From Acidimicrobiia bacterium (GTDB taxonomy: Bacteria > Actinomycetota > Acidimicrobiia > Spongiisociales > Spongiisociaceae): a stretch of DNA of 64,000 bases. Numbering within the stretch: the first letter of the stretch is position 1; every line of letters begins with the position of its first letter. The position numbers and the translations under genes were made by a program. The stretch covers positions 1 through 64,000 of the forward strand of contig JBFGLM010000011.1 in assembly GCA_041576165.1 (NCBI GenBank). Direction: 5' to 3'. Under the pieces are notes generated by a model. It had not been told where the DNA came from. It made no database searches and saw nothing but the letters and a program-made list of their open reading frames with translations. This document shows, in pieces, positions 29,660 through 40,915 of the stretch.

Positions 29660-30717
29660 CGCAGGCCGTTGCCCTCGACGGACCGCTGCTGCTCGCCACC
29701 CTCCGTCGACGGGAGTGATGGCGGCAGCGTCGGTGGCGTTGGCACCGACGCCAAACACTCGTCTACAACTGACGCGGCGTCGGTTCCGCGCACCCACAGC
29801 TCGGGAAGCAACACGATCCGATGAGCCAGCGCCGGCACTGCCACCGCCTTGACATCATCCGGCGTGACATAACGGCGACCGCCGAGGCCGGCGCGGGCTC
29901 TCGAGAGCTTCACCATCGCTTCAACGCCACGGGGACTGGCTCCGACATGCACCTGGGTGCTTGCCCGGGTGGCGTGTACCAGCGACACGCAATAATCGAT
30001 GACTGGTTCGGAAACGAGCACGTCTTCCAGCGACGCCTGGAGTGCCAGGACGGTCTCGGTATCGACGACCCGGTCGAGTTCGGCAGTGTCCCTCCGCCGT
30101 GCCAGCCGCCGGCGGATGATCTCGGCGTCATCGGCCGCGGTCGGGTAGCCGATCGACGTCCGCAATAGGAACCGATCGATCTGCGCTTCCGGCAGCGGGT
30201 AGGTGCCCTCGAACTCGATCGGGTTCTGCGTGGCCAGCACCACGAAGGGTGCCGGAAGTATGTGGGAGACCCCGTCGACGGTGACCTGTCGTTCTTGCAT
30301 TGCTTCCAACAACGCAGCCTGGGTTTTGGGAGGCGCCCGGTTGATCTCGTCGCCGAGAACAATGTGGTTGAAGATGGGTCCTGGGCGGAAGTCGAACTCC
30401 CGGCGGTGGGGGTCATACAGTACGGAACCCGTGACGTCGGCCGGAATCAGATCCGGCGTGAACTGCACCCGACCGACCGTGAGGCCCATCACCCGGGCCA
30501 TCGAGCGCGCTATCAACGTCTTCCCAAGGCCGGGAAGATCCTCGAGCAGTACGTGTCCACCCGCCAGCAATCCGCCGAGGATCAGCTCGAGTTGCGGACG
30601 CTTGCCGACCACGACCGTCTCCAGCTCATCGAGCACGCGCCGGCAGATCGAGGCGGTCTCGGTGATACTCAACGAGCGGACGGACGCCGCCGGGCTCCGC
30701 TTCGCGGGCTCCGTCAT
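29656..30717 (-). CDS. moxR: MoxR family AAA+ ATPase
   Basis: GHVLLEDLPGLGKT, QFTPDLIPADVTG, DEINRAPPKTQAALLEAM, TQNPIEFEGTYPLPEAQIDRF. Confidence 0.95.
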   Translation of the reverse strand: MTEPAKRSPAASVRSLSITETASICRRVLDELETVVVGKRPQLELILGGLLAGGHVLLEDLPGLGKTLIARSMARVMGLTVGRVQFTPDLIPADVTGSVLYDPHRREFDFRPGPIFNHIVLGDEINRAPPKTQAALLEAMQERQVTVDGVSHILPAPFVVLATQNPIEFEGTYPLPEAQIDRFLLRTSIGYPTAADDAEIIRRRLARRRDTAELDRVVDTETVLALQASLEDVLVSEPVIDYCVSLVHATRASTQVHVGASPRGVEAMVKLSRARAGLGGRRYVTPDDVKAVAVPALAHRIVLLPELWVRGTDAASVVDECLASVPTPPTLPPSLPSTEGGEQQRSVEGNGLR

Positions 30718-31268
30718 GGCGCCGGCACCCGCCTCTTCCAACCCTGGGGTGGTGCCGCCTCAGCCCCGTCGGCCATGATGACCTCGAGGAAGCGCTCGAC
30801 GTCGGCGGTAGTCACGGTGCGATCGTTGATAGTCGGATCGATCAACCAAGCGACATCGCCGAGCAGGTCCGATAGCTGAGCCCGGTCATCGCTGAGCACT
30901 AGGCCATGCCGCACAGGCAGAAAGTGTTCGGCAAGAGCCACCAGCCGGGGCCGGAGACGAGTGGTATGGACCCGGGCGTTGGACTGCGCCTCGATCAGGA
31001 GACCTCTGATCGTGTGGAGGCCACTGGGGCGCAACACGGTGGAGCCGCGCCGCCGCGAGCCAAACCGCTGCCACGGGAGTAGAAGCCGCGCCGGTTCCGC
31101 CGAAGCGGCCACGATGAAGTCGCGCACCAGCATCCCGGTTACCCACACTGCAGCCGCGGCCATCCAGATGAATACGGAGATCCGACCTCGTCCGCTCAGG
31201 GCCATGGCGATCAGCAGTGCCGGAACGCCCGCTCTGATCAACACGGCCACGGTGCGGGTGACTCTCAT
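30714..31268 (-). CDS. Membrane-anchored hypothetical protein in the MoxR operon
   Basis: Two N-terminal TMs, RLRPRL motif; ATGA overlaps on both sides. Confidence 0.75.
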   Translation of the reverse strand: MRVTRTVAVLIRAGVPALLIAMALSGRGRISVFIWMAAAAVWVTGMLVRDFIVAASAEPARLLLPWQRFGSRRRGSTVLRPSGLHTIRGLLIEAQSNARVHTTRLRPRLVALAEHFLPVRHGLVLSDDRAQLSDLLGDVAWLIDPTINDRTVTTADVERFLEVIMADGAEAAPPQGWKRRVPAP

Positions 31269-32134
31269 GGTGTGCCGCTCGCGTGCGTTCGGAGTCCGCG
31301 CCGCGCCTCAGCCAGGGCGGCGGCGGCGACATCGCGCTCGCCGCTTGATATCGGCTCATCGGAGAAACGTGCCAGTTCGTAAAGTCGTCCCAACTGGACA
31401 CATGGACCGGCCAAGGCCGGGAAATCGGCCAGCACCCGCGCAATGTGTTCGGTTGGGGTCTCGGCCGGATCGCGATCCTGACCGCGGTGCGCCAGCGCGG
31501 CTTCCATGCTGGCGTACGCGGCGAGTACCGCCTCCCGCGGATTGACTGGCGATAGGAGCTGCCGGGTCGCTTCGTCGATCGCCATATGGAGGCCCGCCGT
31601 CGAGGAACCGGGTGAGTTCGCCGGCACAGACCCGGCTGCGGCCCCGGGCCGGCGACTCCTGAGGATGGCCGCGGCCGCAATGAGCGCAATGACCAGCAAG
31701 GCAACCAGATCGGCGGTCCGTGGTCCAACCTCGGTGTCGGACCCGACCCGGACCGCTTCCTGCTGCGCAGTTACGGCGGGCTCCTGCTCAGCAGTTGCCA
31801 GCTCCTCGGGAGGCTCCTCGGGGTTGAACCACGTGGCGAACACAGTGATGACGATGGCCGTGAACAGCAACGCTCGAAGCGGCTGGGTAGTGCGGGGGCC
31901 AACACCGGCCTTGCGGGTGGGACGGAAGTAGATGAGCACGGCTGCACCAATCAGCGCCAGTAGGCCCAGGACCGCCAGCAGCACGCCGCCCAGATCCGGT
32001 ACGGCAAACCACTCATCCGACTGCGGCGCTCGGCCGGCTCCGACGACAACCAGGATGCTCCAACCCGCCAGGGCGAGCACGACTAGAGCTCGCCGAGCGT
32101 CGAACCATCTGCCGCTCGCACGCATTGTGGCCAT
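31265..32134 (-). CDS. DUF4129 domain membrane protein
   Basis: PREAVLAAYASME..RDPAETPTE..LYELARFS; TAGGTT -10 box 6 nt before ATG 32134. Confidence 0.85.
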   Translation of the reverse strand: MATMRASGRWFDARRALVVLALAGWSILVVVGAGRAPQSDEWFAVPDLGGVLLAVLGLLALIGAAVLIYFRPTRKAGVGPRTTQPLRALLFTAIVITVFATWFNPEEPPEELATAEQEPAVTAQQEAVRVGSDTEVGPRTADLVALLVIALIAAAAILRSRRPGAAAGSVPANSPGSSTAGLHMAIDEATRQLLSPVNPREAVLAAYASMEAALAHRGQDRDPAETPTEHIARVLADFPALAGPCVQLGRLYELARFSDEPISSGERDVAAAALAEARRGLRTHASGTP

Positions 32135-32239
32135 GCCGCAACCTAGCGCGCCGCCGTTATGACGCTCAACCAGCGCAGAGACGATCGGGACCGGCACCAA
32201 GGCGATGAGACATGCAGGCCGTCACCGCGCCGGCGGCGC

Positions 32240-32758
32240 CTACTCCGGGTAGTAACCCGTTGCGTCGTCGATGAGTTCGCGGATGATGTCCAGGTGGCCA
32301 GCGTGGCGTGCGGTCTCTTCGACCATGTGTACGAGCACCCACCGGAGCGAGCGTTCTCTCCGCGCCGGGTCATTGCTGTCCAACGTCCCCGTCACGTCGA
32401 GACTCTCGGCGTTGTCGATGACTTCGTCGGCCTGTGCAACGGATGAGGCATACAGCGCCGAGATCGACGCAATGGTCTCGCCATCCTCGATACGGAACTC
32501 TGCATCGGGATCGTCACCACTCCACGGATAGTCCGGTGAGCCACCGCCAATGAACTCGACGAACCACCACTGCTCCACCCACGCCATGTGCTTGACGACG
32601 CCGAGCAGGCTCGTTCCCGACTTGACGAACGGGCGCTTCGCGTCTTCCTCGGATACTCCGTCGAGTTTCCACAGAAGGATCGAACGCTGCATGTCGAGCA
32701 TCCCGCGCAGCGTGGTGAGCTCATCTGCGGTGGTTGGGGCAAGTTGGAAGGGCAACAT
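32240..32758 (-). CDS. DinB/DUF664 family protein
   Basis: SLLGVVKHMAWVE, SLRWVLVHMVEETARHAGHLDIIRE. Confidence 0.9.
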   Translation of the reverse strand: MLPFQLAPTTADELTTLRGMLDMQRSILLWKLDGVSEEDAKRPFVKSGTSLLGVVKHMAWVEQWWFVEFIGGGSPDYPWSGDDPDAEFRIEDGETIASISALYASSVAQADEVIDNAESLDVTGTLDSNDPARRERSLRWVLVHMVEETARHAGHLDIIRELIDDATGYYPE

Positions 32759-32815
32759 GTCCGGCACGCTACACCGGCAGGACGGGCGGCAGGTTGCCGC
32801 CGGGTGATCGCCATC

Positions 32816-33475
32816 TCAATCGACGCCCCCAGTGGCCCCGGCCAACGACATCTGGCGCTTGTAGGCCTCCATCGCGGCGAGAACATCCTTTAGGGAACGA
32901 CGTGAACCGCGCTGGAGGTACTCCATCGCCCGCAGCGCTGCCTCGTGGGCCTGCTCGCTAGAACCGGCGACGCAATCCTCGATCACCCGACAGAAGTAAT
33001 CGGATTGGTGTCCGTCAACGAATGAGTAGTGGACACATACATCGGTCAAGCCCCCGCACAGGAGCAGCGTGTCGATACGCAGTCCGCGCAGCAAGATCTC
33101 GAAATCGGTTCCGAAGAACGCCGAATAGCGGCGCTTCTTGACGAGATAATCGGTCGGGCGGAATCCGAGTTGCTCGACGGCAACGTCGGTCTTGGGATCG
33201 TCTTCGAGGCAGTGGACATCTTCGCTGCCATCTAGTTCCCGTCCGAAATCAACGAGGTCGGGACGGTGCACCTCCTGGAAGAAGATCACCGGGACGTTGC
33301 ATTCGCGTGCCTTGTCGATCGCGACTCTGGCCTTGGCCATTCGCTCGGCGTAGCCGGGCACGTGGGGGATCGCCCGAACGTCCTGCTCGATGAAGGTGGA
33401 CGCCTGGATATCGATGACAATCAGGGCTGGACGACCCTCGATCAGGTCGCGCGGGGCGGCGTTCGTGTTCACCAT
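32816..33475 (-). CDS. Cysteine hydrolase (isochorismatase family)
   Basis: IVIDIQ, KRRYSAF, TDVCV (D-K-C triad). Confidence 0.9.
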   Translation of the reverse strand: MVNTNAAPRDLIEGRPALIVIDIQASTFIEQDVRAIPHVPGYAERMAKARVAIDKARECNVPVIFFQEVHRPDLVDFGRELDGSEDVHCLEDDPKTDVAVEQLGFRPTDYLVKKRRYSAFFGTDFEILLRGLRIDTLLLCGGLTDVCVHYSFVDGHQSDYFCRVIEDCVAGSSEQAHEAALRAMEYLQRGSRRSLKDVLAAMEAYKRQMSLAGATGGVD

Positions 33476-33613
33476 GGGCGTCCTCTCCGCGAGGTGGACG
33501 GAGCCGCCACGCTAGTCGCCTGGCGGGACGGGCTCGGGTTGGTCGGGAAGAGGTTGCTCAGCTGCAGCGGCGGCAACCTTCGGCCATAGCGGCCCCTGAG
33601 GGCACCCTCCAGC

Positions 33614-34198
33614 CTAAGGAACGCGGTATCGACGGCGGCCTCGCGCCCACCCGAGTGCGACGCGGGCGGTGACCGCCAACACCGCGGCCGCGATGTAGAA
33701 GGCGATGTCAATCGGATCGAACACCCGGAACGGCAACACAGCCTGGATGAGCTCATCGAGCGTCCCCACCATGGCGGTCATGCCCACCGCAAGCAACCAT
33801 GGAGCCGCCACAACCGGTCGGTGATCCGCTCGCTCCCTGAGAGCCTCGTATACGAGCACCGCGACCACGCTGTACTCGGCGAGATGGCTGCGCGCCTCCG
33901 GCACCGCCATGCGCAGGAACAGCATGAGATAGACCGCGGCGATGCCCAGCATCACTCCGATCTCCATACCCCCGGGCTTGGACCTGAACGCCAGCGCGAC
34001 GATGGCGGCTCCGATCAGGAACAGACCCAGAACGAAGCTGCTGTTGAGGAGATCGCGAGCGCGGAGCACTTCTGCCAGGGTTCGGGCCACGCCCAAAGTC
34101 GAGTAGATGCCCACGACCGTAGCCAGCGTCCAAAGCCACAACCGCCGCTCCCTATTAGAGGAGAACATACGTGGCGGGGAGGCATCATTGGCTACCAT
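33614..34198 (-). CDS. VanZ-like membrane protein
   Basis: RSHLAEYS, DELIQAVLPFRVFDPIDI. Confidence 0.8.
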   Translation of the reverse strand: MVANDASPPRMFSSNRERRLWLWTLATVVGIYSTLGVARTLAEVLRARDLLNSSFVLGLFLIGAAIVALAFRSKPGGMEIGVMLGIAAVYLMLFLRMAVPEARSHLAEYSVVAVLVYEALRERADHRPVVAAPWLLAVGMTAMVGTLDELIQAVLPFRVFDPIDIAFYIAAAVLAVTARVALGWARGRRRYRVP

Positions 34199-34779
34199 CT
34201 GTCACCTCTCCTGTCCGCTTACGTGGCTCACTCAGATCGATCCTGCAACTATGCCGGCGCCTCCAACGTTGCCCATCGGGGAGCACCCCCAATTCGCGCC
34301 TGGGGACACTGACACATCCTTCCGGGCACCGTACCGACGGCGATTGAACGCGAATCGAGCCATTCGCCGTCAACGTCGCCGCCCGCCCCCAGCTGCCAGA
34401 TCTCGGTCCAACCTGGGCAGAACGCCGGTGCTAGGGATCTGACACGCTGCGGGCATTACTGGCAGTTGCAGGGTGTGCCCTCGTTACGATCGCTCGACAT
34501 GTCGCACGTGGTCGCATGGCGTGCGTCTGGCGGTTCGCCCATCCCAAAGCCGCGGGCCGCATCACTTACCGGCGATCTCCTCGGTCGTCGATGAGTCGGC
34601 GGGGAGGCGTCCCCGCAATGTGCGCTCGGGACCGTGCCGCCTTCGCTCTTCCTCTCGTTCGGTCTCATTCCGATGCTCGGCGCGAGTGAGAACCGAGGTC
34701 ACACTCAGCCCGTAGAGGTGGAGCCTCCGAGCGTCTGGAGCGAGCCCCCAGCCGGGCACCCCGCCACGGGCCGCGTCAG

Positions 34780-35294
34780 CCGGCGTACGGATGAGTTCTG
34801 GCCGTCGGCCCCGACTAGAACTGCGGCGTCGATCGTCACAGTCTGCCTTTCATCGATCATGACTTCGATTGCGCTCGACGTCGGCGATTGCTCGACCAGA
34901 CTCCACCCGGCAATCGGCTTGTTGAGCTCAAAGTTCGGGTTGCGGGCGGCCGCCCGGAGGAGCGCCTGGCTGATGAGTTCATGGTTGAGATACAGGAAGT
35001 ACGGGTGCGGTACGCCCAGGCCGTCCACCATCGCACGCAGCAGCGGCTCGCCCTGCGCGTCGTACCAGACGGTGCCGAGTCGCTGCTCCGCTCCGAGGCC
35101 GAGCAGATCCCCCAGGGCACCCCACATATCAAGTATTTCGACGGCACGAGGCTGCAGGTGGTCGCCCCGTGCGGTGTCGAGCGGGCCGGGGTGACGCTCC
35201 AGCAGAGCCACCCGCATCTCGTGGGGAGCCAGCGCGGCCGCGAGTGCGGGACCGGCGACGCCACCGCCGATGATCAAGACATCGACACTTTCAT
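34780..35294 (-). pseudogene. Truncated FAD-dependent monooxygenase (N-terminal half)
   Basis: VLIIGGGVAG, LLER, VGADGQNSSVR, then similarity ends with no GDAAH motif; ATG 35294 is out of frame by an apparent GT duplication. Confidence 0.7.
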
Positions 35295-35666
35295 CGCACC
35301 CCCTCGCCAGTCCCAGCTGGACGGTCGGCAGTATCGCAGCCGGACGATTTCCGGGCGCTATCCGCCCGCAATCTCTCGCCATGGTCGGGCGTGCAACTCC
35401 CGAATGGGCGCAACGGACCGAGCGTTGCGCCTACCGCCAGTGCGGCGAGAGATGCAGAGAACAGCGGCGCACGCGCACGGGGCTATCAGGCGCTTGGCCG
35501 GTGTGATGCCGAATCTGTCCACGATGGCCACAACCTAGACGGTCCGAGCGGAAGCCAAAGGGACGGCCGCTCGTCGGGCGCTACGCCACCGCTCCCGTGA
35601 CGTGGGCTCTATTGGCGCGACAGGCGGTCGTACACATCCAACGACATGGTGCCTTTCCGCTGACCA

Positions 35667-37580
35667 CTAAGCTCCGCCGCGGTCGATCCCTGCGATTTCG
35701 TAGGCCTGATCCTCCTCGAGGGTTTCCTTGTCGAGGAGGGCAGCCGCCAGCGCGTCGAGTTTGTCCCGGTGCTTCTCCAAGGTTTCGCGCGCCCGCTGTT
35801 CGCACTCGTCGATGATCCGGCGCACCTCTTCGTCGACCAGTTGCTGGGTGTGCTCCGATACCTCGTCCGGTCCAAAGGGATAGGCGGGTTCCCCCTCCTT
35901 GATCACCGACACCGGGCCGATGCGCTCCGACATTCCCCACCGACCGACCATGTTGCGGGCGACCTGGGTTGCCTGCACCAGGTCGTTTTCGGCTCCGGTC
36001 GTTCGTTCACCAAAGACCATCTCTTCGGCTACCCGACCGCCGAGCGCCCCTGTGATCCGGCCCAACAAATAATCCTTCGTGTACGCGTATCGGTCTGCTT
36101 CGGGGCTCTGGAACGTCACCCCCAGCGACCGGCCGCGGGGAATGATCGAAATCTTTCGCACCGGGTCGGCACCAGGCTCCAGCATTCCGAGCAACGCGTG
36201 GCCCGCCTCGTGAAAGGCCGTCCGCTCGCGGTCGGCCTCGGTCATCATGATCTTCCGTTCAGCGCCCAGGATGATCTGTTCCAGCGCGTCGGTGAAGTCC
36301 GCCAGATGCACCCGCTCGTGTCCCCGGCGAGCCGCCATCAGCGCTGCCTCGTTCACGAGGTTTCTCAGGTCGGCCCCCACCATGCCCGGCGTCGAAGAAG
36401 CGATGGCCCCGAGGTCGACATCGGGGGCCAGCGGCACACCACGGGTATGCACCTCCAGGATCGCCTTGCGTCCCAGCTGATCGGGAGGCGAGACCGTGAC
36501 GTGGCGGTCGAACCTGCCCGGCCGCAGCAGGGCCGGATCCAGCACGTCGGGACGGTTAGTGGCGGCGATCACAATCACACCCTCGGCCCCAGAGAACCCG
36601 TCCATCTCAGTCAGGATCTGATTGAGAGTCTGCTCTCGTTCGTCGTGTCCTCCGAAGGACACTGCGGACCCGCGCGCACGTCCGATTGCGTCGATCTCAT
36701 CGATGAAGACGATGGCGGGTGCGGCTTCTTTGGCCTTGTTGAAAAGATCTCGCACGCGACTCGCCCCGACCCCCACCACCATCTCGATGAATTCGGACGC
36801 CGCCATCGAGAAGAACGGGACGTTCGCCTCGCCGGCCACGGCCTTGGCGAGCAGCGTCTTTCCGGTTCCGGGAGCGCCGGTGAGCAGGACGCCTCTGGGG
36901 ATCGCGGCCCCCAGCTTGGTGTATTTCCGAGGATTGCGCAGAAAGTCGACGACCTCGACCAGCTGCTCTTCGGCATCCTCGATACCGGCGACATCGTCGA
37001 ATGTGACCCGATCACTACTGGGTTCGTATTTCTGTGCCCGGCTCGTGCCAAGACCGCCCAGCGATCCCAAGCCTTGACCGGCCCGCCTGTAGAAGCTGAA
37101 GAACAGCCAGAGCAACAGCAGAGTTGGTCCGAAACCGAACAAGATCTGCTGCCAGAAGGGCGTCGCGTCCGCCGGCTCGGCGTTGACCACGACATCGTTG
37201 TTGATGAGCCGCTGCAGCAGGTTGTCGTCGGCGAACTCGGGCCGGCGAGTTTCGAACGAATCTGAGCTGATCGACGCGTCTTCGGGGTCGGCCACACGGT
37301 CGGCGAACTGCCCTTGGATCTCCTCTCCCGTGGCCACGATGCTCTCGATGTTGCCGTCATCAAGTTGCTCGAGAAACATCGTGTACGGGATCTTGATCGG
37401 CGCATCGGGGGCCAGGAACCAGCTCGACACAAGCCAGTTGACCCCCAGCGCGATCAACAGCGCCGCCCAGAACCATCGCCCCCCCGGCATCGGCGTCCGC
37501 CACAAGGGTTGCCGGGTGTTATTGCCCTCGGGCAGGCCGTCCACTCGCCAGTCAGGACTTCGGTCATCGTTATTCGCCAT
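35667..37580 (-). CDS. ftsH: ATP-dependent zinc metalloprotease FtsH (probably an extra paralogue)
   Basis: Two TMs, [41 protein letters not shown]. Confidence 0.95.
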   Translation of the reverse strand: MANNDDRSPDWRVDGLPEGNNTRQPLWRTPMPGGRWFWAALLIALGVNWLVSSWFLAPDAPIKIPYTMFLEQLDDGNIESIVATGEEIQGQFADRVADPEDASISSDSFETRRPEFADDNLLQRLINNDVVVNAEPADATPFWQQILFGFGPTLLLLWLFFSFYRRAGQGLGSLGGLGTSRAQKYEPSSDRVTFDDVAGIEDAEEQLVEVVDFLRNPRKYTKLGAAIPRGVLLTGAPGTGKTLLAKAVAGEANVPFFSMAASEFIEMVVGVGASRVRDLFNKAKEAAPAIVFIDEIDAIGRARGSAVSFGGHDEREQTLNQILTEMDGFSGAEGVIVIAATNRPDVLDPALLRPGRFDRHVTVSPPDQLGRKAILEVHTRGVPLAPDVDLGAIASSTPGMVGADLRNLVNEAALMAARRGHERVHLADFTDALEQIILGAERKIMMTEADRERTAFHEAGHALLGMLEPGADPVRKISIIPRGRSLGVTFQSPEADRYAYTKDYLLGRITGALGGRVAEEMVFGERTTGAENDLVQATQVARNMVGRWGMSERIGPVSVIKEGEPAYPFGPDEVSEHTQQLVDEEVRRIIDECEQRARETLEKHRDKLDALAAALLDKETLEEDQAYEIAGIDRGGA

Positions 37581-37772
37581 CAGCTCGCTGCCATCCGCCT
37601 CGGCTGCTCCGTCCGCTACGCAGGATTTGCTGCTGCGCCTTACCCAAACCATACGTTTCGAAACGCGGACCGACCATGGTTTTCCCGGTTCCCGGTCACA
37701 CACGCCGCCAGTTCTCGAGCCGTCCACCGCACAGCCGGTGAACCAGGAGACGGTGAGCACCGTCATACGTAC

Positions 37773-38954
37773 ATGAGGCAGGTGTGGATCTGGCTTGCTC
37801 TCCTGGCGGCCGCCTGGACGATCGGGCGCCCGACGAGCGCGCCTCCAGCGCTAGTCCCGCCACCGGATTCGGCCGTAGCTTCGCACCGACCGACGTCTGA
37901 GCGCACCGACGCGTATCGTGTTGCGGCGGGCACCGGATGGCCCAGAACCGCAATGCTGCCTGGCTACGCGCTGGAAGCGGCCGACGGGCCGAGCCGGCCG
38001 GGAGCCCAGGTGACGCTGGCCGCAACCAACGGTCAGGCAGCCATCTCGATTCTCGATCTTCGAACGGGCTGGAGAGTGGACTATCAAGGCGCAACCACCG
38101 CCGGAGGCGACGCACTCGATCTGACAATCACGGCCCGGGGCGACCTCGTCGTATGGAATACCGGCCCGCCCAAGCTCTATGCAAATGACGTGGCGCGGCT
38201 CGACTCTCCGCAGGCCCTCGATCTGGGCCGGGCGCCGTTGCTTCTCGGAACTCTCGAAGGTCCGGTCTTTCCCGCCGATGACGGGGCCCATGCCTGGACT
38301 TGGGACGCTCCGCACACGGTGGAATACGTAGATCTGTTCACCGGCGAGTCGATCGCAACCTTCGAGCTCCCTGGCCGGTTCCAGCCCCAGTTCACCGCCG
38401 GCGACGACCTCCTCATCACCGATGGCATCAGCCTTGGCCTGCTGAAGACAACCGGCACCGTCCGGCCTCTGCAAGCGGGCTATCCGATCGAGGCCACCGC
38501 CAAGCTGCTGGCGTGGCAGCAATGCGACAGCACCTGCGAACTCGTTCTGACGCCGCTGACCGACTCAGGCGCGGAGGTCCGAGTGCCGCGCCCGGCCGGC
38601 GCCGAACGCTGGACACGAGCCGGCGCGGTCGCCATTCCCAGCTCGAGCCCCGATCTTCCCACCGTGACCCGGGACGGCAACCACCTACTGGTTGACGCGG
38701 TCAGCGGCCAGGAACCCGACACCGTCCACCGACTGGCCATCGTCGATCTCGAAACGGCATCCCTCACTGTGGTGAATGAATACCGTGGACCCGGCTGGGC
38801 GTCGGCATTCTGGGACGCATCCGGCAAGCACATCATCGTCGCCACGAACACGGCGGCCGGGCAGGACATCACGATCTTTGATGCCAGTACCTTGGCTGTT
38901 CGGTCGCTCCCGGACGCGTTGCCGGACCAGTTCTGGGTCAGCGGCGCGGGATGA
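37773..38954 (+). CDS. Secreted hypothetical protein, possible beta-propeller
   Basis: Signal-like MRQVWIWLALLAAAW; repeated hydrophobic-D-L-x-T-G strands. Confidence 0.6.
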   Translation: MRQVWIWLALLAAAWTIGRPTSAPPALVPPPDSAVASHRPTSERTDAYRVAAGTGWPRTAMLPGYALEAADGPSRPGAQVTLAATNGQAAISILDLRTGWRVDYQGATTAGGDALDLTITARGDLVVWNTGPPKLYANDVARLDSPQALDLGRAPLLLGTLEGPVFPADDGAHAWTWDAPHTVEYVDLFTGESIATFELPGRFQPQFTAGDDLLITDGISLGLLKTTGTVRPLQAGYPIEATAKLLAWQQCDSTCELVLTPLTDSGAEVRVPRPAGAERWTRAGAVAIPSSSPDLPTVTRDGNHLLVDAVSGQEPDTVHRLAIVDLETASLTVVNEYRGPGWASAFWDASGKHIIVATNTAAGQDITIFDASTLAVRSLPDALPDQFWVSGAG

Positions 38955-39024
38955 CCTCATGCGTGACCACCCCAGACCGGCAACAGGCGGGAACCGTCAG
39001 CCGCACCGGCAACGTCTGAACTGC

Positions 39025-39939
39025 ATGCGACGTGTCGCCTGGTGGGTCGTTCTGGTTCTGCTAGGAGGTGCGTGTGGGGTTGGGAACGGTGCCGCCGTCG
39101 GCCCGACAGCGGCGCCAAACGCGGGCCCAGCTTCTCCCACTGCACCTCCGTCCGCCGCCGGTCCCACCGGTGAGCCGCCGGCGGTCGTTGTGCGAGCCGG
39201 CGGGACCGAACTGACGCTGGACCCGTGGACGGCTTGTTGGGGCGCGGTGTGTTATGACGGGCAACCGCCTGAGGTTCTGCCCGACATCGGCCGAGCCCCT
39301 GAGGTGTTGGTCGAGTTTCCGGTGCCCGACTGGGAATTCACCGCGACGGTACAACCGGCGGAACAGGACTGTGGACGCCGCCAGACCCATTCGCTGGCGC
39401 CGCTCGGGAACAACATCCACCGGCTGGTTCCGCTGGGACCAGCGGATGACTACGACGTCTTGCTGTTCGGAAGCGGCGCGGGGGGTGACGTCTTGGTTTC
39501 GTTCCGCTGGACAACTCCAACCGACGGCGTGATGCCAGTCCCGACCGCCGTCGCCAGCATCCTGGCAGACCACGACGGGGCGCTGGATAGCTACGGTGTC
39601 GAGCTGCCGATCTCGAACCTCGCCACCACGCCCGACGACGTGACCGGCGAGGTCACTGTGACCGCATCTGACGGGGCAGCCCACACCTTCCCGCTGAACC
39701 GCCAGGACTTCGACTGCTCGGAAGGCTCGATCTACCTGACCGCCCCCACCGAAGAGGGCCTGGCCGCCGCCGAGTTGGGCTCCGCGCCATTCACCTACGA
39801 GGTCCGTCTCGAGCTCGATGGCACCACCTATGTCGGAACGGGCGTCTGGCCCGACGGGGTCGATCCCGAATGCGCTCCTTGCGTGCCGCTCTCGTTCACT
39901 CCCCCGCTGCCGGCCCTGGCGGCGCCCGCCGTCCCGTGA
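39025..39939 (+). CDS. Hypothetical lipoprotein
   Basis: Lipobox LGGAC, Pro/Ala linker, Cys pairs. Confidence 0.7.
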   Translation: MRRVAWWVVLVLLGGACGVGNGAAVGPTAAPNAGPASPTAPPSAAGPTGEPPAVVVRAGGTELTLDPWTACWGAVCYDGQPPEVLPDIGRAPEVLVEFPVPDWEFTATVQPAEQDCGRRQTHSLAPLGNNIHRLVPLGPADDYDVLLFGSGAGGDVLVSFRWTTPTDGVMPVPTAVASILADHDGALDSYGVELPISNLATTPDDVTGEVTVTASDGAAHTFPLNRQDFDCSEGSIYLTAPTEEGLAAAELGSAPFTYEVRLELDGTTYVGTGVWPDGVDPECAPCVPLSFTPPLPALAAPAVP

Positions 39940-40096
39940 TCGAGGCCGGACGCTTCGACGGTGTTTGCACCAGGAGGGAGCCGACCTCGATGACCTGCCC
40001 CAGGTCACAAGTGAGCGCCGCCCTGCCGACGAGGCCTGGTTCGCCTCGTCCAGGCCGGAGCAGAACTGACCGCCCCGATTGAGATCGGCCGGGCGC

Positions 40097-40561
40097 CTAC
40101 CCGGGGCCGAGATCAATCGTCATGCACGTGCTGTGCGGATTCGAGGTGTAGTCGCCGAACGGCTCGCAGGTCCGGAACCCGACGTCGCGGTAGAGCATCC
40201 GGGCAGGAGCAAACGCGCCCATGGTCCCGGTTTCCAGGCTGACTCGGAGGTAGCCGCGCCGCAACGCCACCGTCAGCAGGTGCTCGATCATGGCTCGTCC
40301 GATGCCGCGACGCCGGGCCCATGCGACGGTGTGCATCGACTTGACCTCGCCGTGGTTCGGATCGAGCTCCCGGAGTGCGCCCACTCCCAATAGCACACCG
40401 GCTTCACGAGCGCTGAAGAACGTGACCGACGGCTCCAGCAGAGCGTCGAGGCCAAGGGCGTGCACATGACCCGGCGGCGTCACCTTCCGCGAGAACGACA
40501 GGTGCTCGGCCAGCAGCGCCTGCACGTCAGCAGCCTCCGGATGATCAACAGTTATCTCCAC
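40097..40561 (-). CDS. GNAT N-acetyltransferase
   Basis: GEVKSMHT, RRRGIGRAM, SLETGT..ARMLY..GF. Confidence 0.92.
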   Translation of the reverse strand: MEITVDHPEAADVQALLAEHLSFSRKVTPPGHVHALGLDALLEPSVTFFSAREAGVLLGVGALRELDPNHGEVKSMHTVAWARRRGIGRAMIEHLLTVALRRGYLRVSLETGTMGAFAPARMLYRDVGFRTCEPFGDYTSNPHSTCMTIDLGPG

Positions 40562-40915
40562 GGCGACCTCGTCTCAGCCGTTGCGTGAAACCGAACGTAG
40601 TCCCGATCGAGGCGCAGGCGGGAAGTGACCGCCATCCAATCTCGGACCTGCCGATCTACTGGACCTCATTCTGGCCACGTCTTCACCTCAGCGGATGACG
40701 CTGCGGTGCACGCCTCCAACGGTTACCGGTCGGATCCACCCGACTGCGGGTTTACCGAGGACCCGGGAGGCGTGCAGACGGTATCCTGTTCCATGGCGGT
40801 GGAGGCCGCCTCCGGGCCCGCGGGCAGGACTGAGTCCACCTCTACGTACTTGGCACCGCATCGGTTGTACGTCCCTTCCGATCCGGCGGTCGCGGGCCAC
40901 GCCAGAACGGGAGAG

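Noticed and set aside
35769-37265. 498-aa ORF opposite ftsH
   Set aside because: Antisense frame kept open by high-GC codon bias.
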